In this document: positions 49,292-56,161 of the stretch, piece after piece
Layout of the letters: each line of letters opens with the position of its first letter
Position numbering within the stretch: position 1 is the first letter of the stretch
Origin: Promethearchaeota archaeon
Lineage (GTDB): Archaea; Asgardarchaeota; Lokiarchaeia; Sigyniarchaeales; SOKP01
NCBI GenBank assembly: GCA_048940445.1
Contig: JBHLON010000024.1
Coordinates: 1 to 56,161 of the forward strand
Direction of reading: 5' to 3'
DNA length: 56,161 nt
The notes under the pieces: model-generated
Seen by the model: the letters and a program-made list of their open reading frames with translations, nothing else
Databases searched by the model: none
What the model was told of the DNA's origin: nothing
Program-made: the position numbers and the translations under genes

Positions 49292-50857
49292 TTGGTTGTA
49301 AAAAGAAATAAGCTCTTTCGTGAGTTACTTGGGAATTTTTTAGATAGGTTTAATGAAGTTGAGGCACTCATTATATCTGACATTGAAGGACTAATAATTG
49401 CAGGGGAAAAAAGAAAAGATGTTGCAGGTGAACTTGAAATTGTCTCCGTTCTAACTACTTTAATTAATCCAGTACTTGAAAGAATAAGAAATGAATTTTC
49501 TTTTCAAAAGTTTGGCACTGCTAGTTTTGATACTGATGAATACAGACTTTTATTTGTGTCTATTGATCAAGAAAGGATTTTGAGTTTAATTTTAGCAAGC
49601 ATGGCTTCTATAGATCATATCTCTCCTTATGCATATTATCTTGCGGAAAAGAGTGCACAGATACTTCATGCTCAAGAAGATGATCTTATTCAATTAACTA
49701 TTCCTAATTTTGAAGAAGAAATAGATCGCCATGAAAAAACTATACAAAAAATATACCAAGTTGGTGGTCTTGGAGAGAAAGAGGCTTACACCTTCAAATT
49801 TGTTATTGTAGGAGATCATGAAGTAGGTAAAACCTCTATTATTCGCCGATTCGTGGAAAGAAAGTTCTCTGCCGATTATCGTGCCACAATAGGTTTAAAT
49901 ATATTAGCACATAAGTTTGATTTTCAAGGAAATGAAATTAATCTTACGCTTTGGGATATAGGTGCCCAGCAATATTTTAAACGATTCAGAAAACTGTATT
50001 ATTCTGGCGCAGAGGCTGCCTTTTTAGTTTTTGATATCACAAATCGAACTAGCTTTGAAAATATTAAAGAATGGTATGATGAGATAACTGAATTTATTGA
50101 AGAACAGGAAATCCCTATGGTAATCGTGGGGAATAAGACAGATTTAGATGTACAGAGAGTGGTTTCATTTAATGAAGGCCAAGAATTAGCTAATAATTTA
50201 TCAGAAGGTGGTTTATCCTATACAGAAACGAGTGCATTAAACGGAACTAATATATCTGATGCATTTAAGTTAATAGCTTATCACTACATATTAAGAGTAA
50301 GGCAAAAAGAAAAAGAATTGATTAAGAATGAATTAGCAGATCTCATACTTTCCACTTTAAAAAAGTTAGTTATATTAGAATTATCGTTTATCTCAGAGAA
50401 TTTAAATTGGAGCCCAGGGTTCCAGACTGTCGGTGAATTGGAGAAATTAGGTGAATATTCTAAAATTAAAGAAAGTATTCAAGAAAGACTATTTGCCTAT
50501 AAGAATGGTTTAATAGTGAATGACTTCCTTTATGATAACTTTAACCTTGCTAATACAGATGGTGCTTTTGTAATATTCGATGCAAGAAATAAGGATCACA
50601 TCGAACCAAAGTGGAAAAATATTCTTATTGAAATAATTAAGAAAATTCGTAAGAAGAGAGTCATAATTGTAGGATTACGAGTAGATGGTGATAGTAATAT
50701 CTCTCATCTAATGGAAGAATTTCATATAGAAGAAGATTTAGAGGAAAAATTAGTTTCAATTCTTTTTCTAAAAATTGGTCCTGATTACCGAGAAAGTATG
50801 TATGAGAATCTTAAAGTAATGCTAAATGCGATTATAAACACACGAGGAATAAAATAA
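49292..50857 (+). CDS. roadblock + Rab-like small GTPase + degenerate GTPase-like domain, copy 2
   Basis: Colinear paralog: VEALIISD.EG, GDHEVGKTS, ATIG, WDIGAQ, GNKTD, ETSA, TDGAFVIFD. Confidence 0.88.
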   Translation: MVVKRNKLFRELLGNFLDRFNEVEALIISDIEGLIIAGEKRKDVAGELEIVSVLTTLINPVLERIRNEFSFQKFGTASFDTDEYRLLFVSIDQERILSLILASMASIDHISPYAYYLAEKSAQILHAQEDDLIQLTIPNFEEEIDRHEKTIQKIYQVGGLGEKEAYTFKFVIVGDHEVGKTSIIRRFVERKFSADYRATIGLNILAHKFDFQGNEINLTLWDIGAQQYFKRFRKLYYSGAEAAFLVFDITNRTSFENIKEWYDEITEFIEEQEIPMVIVGNKTDLDVQRVVSFNEGQELANNLSEGGLSYTETSALNGTNISDAFKLIAYHYILRVRQKEKELIKNELADLILSTLKKLVILELSFISENLNWSPGFQTVGELEKLGEYSKIKESIQERLFAYKNGLIVNDFLYDNFNLANTDGAFVIFDARNKDHIEPKWKNILIEIIKKIRKKRVIIVGLRVDGDSNISHLMEEFHIEEDLEEKLVSILFLKIGPDYRESMYENLKVMLNAIINTRGIK

Positions 50858-51092
50858 AAATTTTTTTATCGTTTTAAATCATATAGGATACCTTCTCTTT
50901 TCTTTTAAATTTTATAATTAAAGAGAATCAAAATCCAATATTTAGGATAAATAATTCCCAAACGAATAATAATAAAACTTAATAAATTTCGAGCAATGAA
51001 AAAATAAATTAATGAGTTATGAGAGATAAGCAGAACAATTAAAAAGTTTGAAAACAAAGAATAACATGACTTATAGAAATAGGTAAGTTTTA

Positions 51093-51662
51093 ATGGAATT
51101 AGAGATCAAGCTGCTTTCACCAGACTTAATTGATGATTTTCTATATTTTTTTGATGAAATTGGATTTGCTGACAATCCAGATTGGGCGGATTGCTATTGT
51201 CATTTTTATCATTTCAAGGGCTCAAGGAAAGAATGGACTAAATCCACTAAGGAACAGAATAGAAATGCGTCTAAATCAATGATCCTTTCTGGAGATATGC
51301 AGGGTTTTTTAGCCTACTTAGAAGGCAGACCAATCGGTTGGTGTAATGCCAACTCAAAGAATAATTACCAATATCAAATCTATAAAGAACCAGTTAAAAC
51401 TGAGGGAAAAATAGCATCGATTGTTTGCTTTTTAATCAGTTATCAACATAGGAAGAAGGGTATTGCTAAATTACTTTTAAAATATACTTGCCAATACTTT
51501 CAACAAAAAGATTATGATTATATTGAGAGTTATCCCCGAAAGAATACTAAGTCTGATGCTTATAATTATCATGGAACCTACACTATGTACCAATCAGAAG
51601 GATTTTATGTAGAAAAAGAATTGAAACATTCATTCGTAATGCGTAAAAGATTAAAAAATTAA
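51093..51662 (+). CDS. GNAT family N-acetyltransferase
   Basis: W..CYC, GWCNA, IVCF.I....RKKGIA..LL, ESYP, YHG...MY...GF. Confidence 0.88.
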   Translation: MELEIKLLSPDLIDDFLYFFDEIGFADNPDWADCYCHFYHFKGSRKEWTKSTKEQNRNASKSMILSGDMQGFLAYLEGRPIGWCNANSKNNYQYQIYKEPVKTEGKIASIVCFLISYQHRKKGIAKLLLKYTCQYFQQKDYDYIESYPRKNTKSDAYNYHGTYTMYQSEGFYVEKELKHSFVMRKRLKN

Positions 51663-51815
51663 GTTATCTGTAACAACTTTTATTATAGTTTCGGATGAAT
51701 TTAAAAGAATATTAATTCCAATCGGACATTCAATTAAAAATCAAAAAAAATCTCTGATCTAAAGGCTCAGATCTATTTCTATGACTTTTCTTCTCTGACA
51801 TCGCACTTTTGTCGA

Positions 51816-51851
51816 TCGGGTGAAATTATTAACCGAAATACATTCTATCGG
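51816..51851. promoter_or_regulatory. TCGG-N13-CCGA-N11-TCGG repeat array upstream of the histone gene
   Basis: tcgg 51816, ccga 51833, tcgg 51848; further tcgg at about 51691 and 51722; AT-rich TATA-like stretch at about 51886-51900. Confidence 0.4.
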
Positions 51852-51969
51852 AAATCTTACGCTATTTTTAAATATTTGAAAAGAATATTATAATATAATA
51901 AAGTTCATGTTAAAAAATATGGACTTTAAGAATTATTTTCATAAATTAAAATGTGGAGGAATGTATAAA

Positions 51970-52182
51970 ATGGCAAAAAAGGTTTTTGCTTGGAGTCCTG
52001 TCCGAAAGTTAATGAAAGATAACGGTGCTGAAATGGTCGCGCGAGATGCTGTAGATGCTTTAATTGATTATTTGGAAAAAACTGCCAAAGGAGTAACAAA
52101 TAAAGCCTTAGAAATGACCCGTCATGCAGGAAGAAAGAAATTAACTCTTGATGATATGGACTTGGCAATGAAATTAATGTAA
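51970..52182 (+). CDS. archaeal histone (HMf-like histone fold), 70 aa
   Basis: P..KLMK..GA..V..DA...L..YLE.......A.....HAGRK.L...D...A; GGAGGA RBS 9 nt before ATG 51970, preferred over ORF-track start 51907. Confidence 0.93.
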   Translation: MAKKVFAWSPVRKLMKDNGAEMVARDAVDALIDYLEKTAKGVTNKALEMTRHAGRKKLTLDDMDLAMKLM

Positions 52183-52210
52183 TAAAATCAAATTTATAAT
52201 TAATCTTTAC

Positions 52211-52225
52211 TTTTTCTTTTTTTTT
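52211..52225 (+). terminator. putative oligo-T terminator of the histone gene
   Basis: T5-C-T9 tract about 30 nt after the stop. Confidence 0.5.
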
Positions 52226-52363
52226 GAAATAAATTAGTAATTCTACAACCCCAATTTCTACTTCAATTTAACTTCATATAGAGTTCTATTAATATGATGA
52301 ATTATTATTAGTCAATTATAGTGCGAACTAAATAGAGAAAGATTTGTTTCTTTTCGAGAGATA

Positions 52364-53572
52364 ATGAATTTTAATAATGGCTATAGTGAGGAAGATAAAA
52401 GGAAATACAAGTTAAATATATTCAAATCATATATCTATTATTTTATTTTAGGAATTCATACGGTTCGGGGAGTATATTATGCATATATGACAGAATGGGG
52501 TGGTCTCACATTTTCCCAACAAATGGTATTACAGGGTTATTTTATGTTCATGATTTTTGTTTTCGAGATTCCATCGGGAGCAATTGCTGATTATATGGGA
52601 AGAAAAAAAGGATTAATGTTCTCAGCATTAAGTGTTATCATTGCTGCTTTCTTATATAGTATAATTCCCAATTTGCTTTTATTTTATTTAGCTGAAACAT
52701 TTTGGGCATTTAGTATAGCATTAGCATCTGGAACTGAAGAAGCCTTGATGTATAACTCTCTAAAGGTATCAGGAGAAGTAGAAAAGTTACCAAAAGTGAT
52801 GGGGAATATTCAAATGTTTAATTTAATTGCTCTTACGATTTCGGCTCCTCTTGGTTCAATTATTGCTGAATTTGTTTCTTTACAATTCACAATGACATTA
52901 TTAGGAATAATATATATTGGTGCATTTATCACTTCTCTTACTTATCATGACCCTAAAATTAATTATACTAAGAAATCAGGAAGTTACCTTACAATCATAA
53001 AGGATGGATTTAAAGAGCTTAGAAAAAATAAAATACTACGAATTTTATGTTTTGATAGGTTATTCATAAACATCTTCGTTTTCTTCCTCTTTTGGACTTA
53101 CCAACCTTATCTTAAAGCAGTGGGGGTCCCATTATTTATTTGGGGTTTCATTTTAGCTTTTATGAATATGATTAACGCATTGTTTTCATTCTTAATTCCT
53201 AAAATTCTTAAGAGAGTTAAAAGGAAATTGAAACTTTTAATTTTAGTGGATATAATAGCTGGTTTGTCATTTATTTCGTTGGGTTTTACTGCAAATCCTT
53301 TTTTAGGTATTGGAATTCTCTTTATTATTGTAGCATTTGGATATCCCCGATTTTTACTGTATACTCATGGTATTAATAATCAAATAGAATCTGAAAATAG
53401 AGCTACGGTCTTAAGTACAATTAATATGTTCGGTAGTCTTTCAATGGCAATCCTATACCCAATAATAGGTTTTGTTGTTGAAGTATGGAGTGTATTCTGG
53501 TTTTTCATTTTTGATGGAATTGCAATTCTTATATTTACAACACTTACGAGAGTAAAAAATGATTATCTTTAA
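52364..53572 (+). CDS. MFS transporter
   Basis: FEIPSGAIADYMGRK motif A, SGT..AL.Y, RATVLS; about 12 TM. Confidence 0.93.
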   Translation: MNFNNGYSEEDKRKYKLNIFKSYIYYFILGIHTVRGVYYAYMTEWGGLTFSQQMVLQGYFMFMIFVFEIPSGAIADYMGRKKGLMFSALSVIIAAFLYSIIPNLLLFYLAETFWAFSIALASGTEEALMYNSLKVSGEVEKLPKVMGNIQMFNLIALTISAPLGSIIAEFVSLQFTMTLLGIIYIGAFITSLTYHDPKINYTKKSGSYLTIIKDGFKELRKNKILRILCFDRLFINIFVFFLFWTYQPYLKAVGVPLFIWGFILAFMNMINALFSFLIPKILKRVKRKLKLLILVDIIAGLSFISLGFTANPFLGIGILFIIVAFGYPRFLLYTHGINNQIESENRATVLSTINMFGSLSMAILYPIIGFVVEVWSVFWFFIFDGIAILIFTTLTRVKNDYL

Positions 53573-53736
53573 AATAAAGTTCTCGAAATTAAATTGTTAG
53601 CACTATAAATAATCGAAAATTAAAATAAAAGTATTGACATAAAAGGAATTGCTCAAATTATAAAAAAATTTTAATCGAATGTTTATATTTTTAAAATAAT
53701 ATCTAAATAAAATATTAGCTGAGAAGTTGAATAAAA

Positions 53737-54324
53737 TTGAATGAAAAGAAAGAAGAGATTGAACCATTTCCATTCATAAAAGGAGATCGGATTGATTTAA
53801 TGGCACCAGGTTCTCAATGGGCAAATCTTGTTGCCAAATGGATTAACGATCCAAAAGTACGTCATTATTCTAGAAATATGTTTCCTCATTCTATTGAACA
53901 AATTAAGAAATGGAATGAACCAGCAGCAAGGAGAGAAATGCCAGAATGGGTTGGATTTATCATCTGGCATAAACAAGACAAAAAGGCGATTGGAGATGTA
54001 GGCTTTGGTCGGATAAATTGGATAAATAGAAATGCAAATCTTTATGGCCTTATAGGAGAACCAGAATATTGGGGGAAGGGAATTATTGGAGAGGCAGCAA
54101 AATTAGTAATTAATTATGGTTTTACGGAATTAAATTTTCATAAAATTTTTGCGGGAGTATTTTCTCCAAATGAAAGATCTCTTCGTGCTGCAGAAAAATT
54201 AGGCTTTAAGAAAGAAGCAGTCTTGAAAGGAGAAATATATGTAGACGGAAAGTACGTAGATCATCATAAATTTGCTCTTTTTAAAGAGGATTGGTTGAAA
54301 CAAAAAGATATTGAGTCAAAATAA
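53737..54324 (+). CDS. RimJ/RimL-family GNAT acetyltransferase (copy 1)
   Basis: IGEPEYWGKGI, YGF.ELN.HKI, N..S....EKLGF..E..L. Confidence 0.9.
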   Translation: MNEKKEEIEPFPFIKGDRIDLMAPGSQWANLVAKWINDPKVRHYSRNMFPHSIEQIKKWNEPAARREMPEWVGFIIWHKQDKKAIGDVGFGRINWINRNANLYGLIGEPEYWGKGIIGEAAKLVINYGFTELNFHKIFAGVFSPNERSLRAAEKLGFKKEAVLKGEIYVDGKYVDHHKFALFKEDWLKQKDIESK

Positions 54325-54343
54325 AAATTAAGGGTAGAAAAAA

Positions 54344-54925
54344 ATGAATGAGAAAAAAGAAGAAATTGAGGCTTTTCCTTTTCTAAAAGGAGAAAACGTA
54401 GATTTAGTTACTCAAAATTCAAAATGGAAAGAACTTTATTGTAAATGGATGAATAATCCAGAAGTGCGACATTATGCTAGGCAAGCATTTCCACATACAT
54501 TAGATCAAGTTAATAAATGGTTTGAACCTCAGGAGGATCGTGGTTTAAGGGAGTTCCTTGCTTTTACTATTTACTATAAAGCAGATAAGCGACCTATCGG
54601 TCAAGCAGGATTCAGTCATATAAATTGGTTAAATTTAAATGCTAATCTTTGGGCATCAATTGGAGAACCAGAATACTGGGGAAAGGGAATAGCCGTTGAA
54701 GTTGCAAAATTATTAATTGATTATGGTTTTACAGAATTGAATTTTCATAAAATTTATGCTGGAGTATTTACTCCGAATGAACGATCTTTAAGGGCAGCGG
54801 AAAAATTGGGTTTTCAAAAAGAGGCTGTTTTAAAAGAAGAAATGTATGTAGATGGAAAATTTGTAGATAGTCATAGATTCTCTCTTTTTAAGAGAGATTG
54901 GCTTAAAAAAAATGATTCGTCTTAG
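54344..54925 (+). CDS. RimJ/RimL-family GNAT acetyltransferase (copy 2)
   Basis: Same motifs; N-terminus MNEKKEEIE identical to copy 1. Confidence 0.9.
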   Translation: MNEKKEEIEAFPFLKGENVDLVTQNSKWKELYCKWMNNPEVRHYARQAFPHTLDQVNKWFEPQEDRGLREFLAFTIYYKADKRPIGQAGFSHINWLNLNANLWASIGEPEYWGKGIAVEVAKLLIDYGFTELNFHKIYAGVFTPNERSLRAAEKLGFQKEAVLKEEMYVDGKFVDSHRFSLFKRDWLKKNDSS

Positions 54926-54952
54926 AAATTCACATTAATTATCAGATAAAAC

Positions 54953-55549
54953 ATGGAAAATATCAGCTTTAATACTTTTTTAGAGGGTGAAATCATCGAT
55001 TTAATTCCCTCAAGTGCGAAATATGTTCATTTATATTGTAAGTGGATGAGTGATAAAAAGGTTCGCCATTTTTTTCGTGGTCCCTTTCCAGTTATATTTG
55101 AAAATATGAAACGAAGATTTGAAAATCCTTCAGATTGTAAATTTAAAGATAATATTAGCTTCACAATTATACATAGGAAAGATCAAAAACCTATTGGGGT
55201 ATGTGGTTTAAATCGCATTAATTGGGTAAATCAATGGTCAAATGCCTTTATCTATATTGGTGAAACCGAATATTGGGGAAAAGATATTGCAACTGAGGCG
55301 GTTAAATTAATCCTTAAATATGGATTTGAAGAATTAAATTTACATAAAATTAGTGGGACAGTATCAGAAAAAAATATTGGATCTTGGAAAGTTGCTGAAA
55401 AAGTAGGATTCATATTTGAAGGTATTATTGAAGATGATTTGTATAAAGATGGAAAATATATTAATGTAAAAAGATATGGTTTCTTTAAGAAGGATTGGGA
55501 GAGGCTACATCATCATCAGAGAGGTAATTTTAAAGATGAATCCGGCTGA
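54953..55549 (+). CDS. RimJ/RimL-family GNAT acetyltransferase (copy 3)
   Basis: IGETEYWGKDIA, YGFEELNLHKI, EKVGF.FEG. Confidence 0.9.
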   Translation: MENISFNTFLEGEIIDLIPSSAKYVHLYCKWMSDKKVRHFFRGPFPVIFENMKRRFENPSDCKFKDNISFTIIHRKDQKPIGVCGLNRINWVNQWSNAFIYIGETEYWGKDIATEAVKLILKYGFEELNLHKISGTVSEKNIGSWKVAEKVGFIFEGIIEDDLYKDGKYINVKRYGFFKKDWERLHHHQRGNFKDESG

Positions 55550-56096
55550 AATCCCTGTTTTTATTAAAGGAAAAACAATAGATTTACTTCCTACGAACTT
55601 AAAACATTCAAACCTTTATACAAAATGGTTGAATAATCCCGAAACTAGGATATATATTAGAAACCAAATCCCGAAGACTCTTGAAGAGATTCGAAAGTTA
55701 TATGATTCAAATCAAGGTCAATCTAGAGAAATAATTTCATTGGAGATCTGGCATAAACAAGCCCAGCAAGCAATAGGTTTAATAGGCTTTAGTAACATCA
55801 ATTGGATACAGCGTAATGCTAATATCTATGTTCAAATTGGTGAAATAGACTTTTGGGGTAAAGGAATAGGTACCGAGGCTGTAAAATTGATGCTTGAATA
55901 TGGCTTTTTGGAGTTAAATCTTCATAAAATTTATTCAAATATTTTAGTTCCTAATAAGAGTTCGTTAAAAGTTGCTGAAAGAGTAGGATTTATCCAAGAA
56001 GTTGTTTTAAGGGAAGAAATTTACTTGGATGATAATTTTATTGATAATATCTTCATTACTATTTTTAAAGATGAGTGGTTACAAAAAAGAGAATAA
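55536..56096 (+). CDS. RimJ/RimL-family GNAT acetyltransferase (copy 4)
   Basis: IGEIDFWGKGIG, YGFLELNLHKI; probable start ATG 55536 after GAGGT RBS (ORF track starts at 55476). Confidence 0.88.
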   Translation: MNPAEIPVFIKGKTIDLLPTNLKHSNLYTKWLNNPETRIYIRNQIPKTLEEIRKLYDSNQGQSREIISLEIWHKQAQQAIGLIGFSNINWIQRNANIYVQIGEIDFWGKGIGTEAVKLMLEYGFLELNLHKIYSNILVPNKSSLKVAERVGFIQEVVLREEIYLDDNFIDNIFITIFKDEWLQKRE

Positions 56097-56161
56097 ATTA
56101 TTTTAACTTATTTTAACTAATTTTTATAAAACAAAGAAATTTCAATTTTAAAATGTGAATA

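Noticed and set aside
51926-52168. 80-aa minus-strand ORF
   Set aside because: Antisense shadow of the histone gene
56098-56118. TTATTTTAAC direct repeat
   Set aside because: Two copies of a low-complexity AT-rich 10-mer; expected by chance or part of a terminator
1-56161. CRISPR arrays, tRNA/rRNA genes, IS elements, integrases, reverse transcriptase/DGR
   Set aside because: No regularly spaced repeats, GC-rich structured RNA blocks or mobile-element proteins were seen; similarity among the surface genes is ordinary paralogy, not an adenine-specific TR/VR pair

Overview
AT-rich, gene-dense window that looks like Asgard archaeal (Lokiarchaeia-like) chromosome. This is inferred from Loki-CTERM-type C-termini, longin/roadblock domains, Arf- and Rab-like GTPase fusions, a RING-H2 protein, a tail-less archaeal histone and archaeal ThiDN. 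I saw no rRNA, tRNA, CRISPR array or transposase. Housekeeping and metabolic genes (thiC, thiDN, thioredoxin, D-lyxose isomerase, amidohydrolase, NUDIX, transporters, GNATs) are mixed with several notable modules. (1) At about 20.2-27.8 kb, a uDENN/longin-like gene is translationally coupled to two paralogous 7-TM proteins, followed by an Arf-like GTPase-longin fusion, with a longin-roadblock gene and a TPR gene flanking them. This is the best candidate for an undescribed receptor-GEF-GTPase signalling system. (2) A tandem pair of roadblock + Rab-like GTPase + pseudo-GTPase proteins, both with a non-canonical DxxA switch-II motif, lies divergent from a RING-TPR gene. (3) Three large cell-surface proteins share one stalk but carry different heads (DUF2341 or papain protease). 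(4) An orphan Imm63-like immunity gene. I also found two items missing from the ORF track (an Lrp/AsnC C-terminal fragment and an amber-interrupted gene) and a CCGA-N11-TCGG palindrome in two intergenic regions. All family calls come from motif recognition by eye, not database searches.
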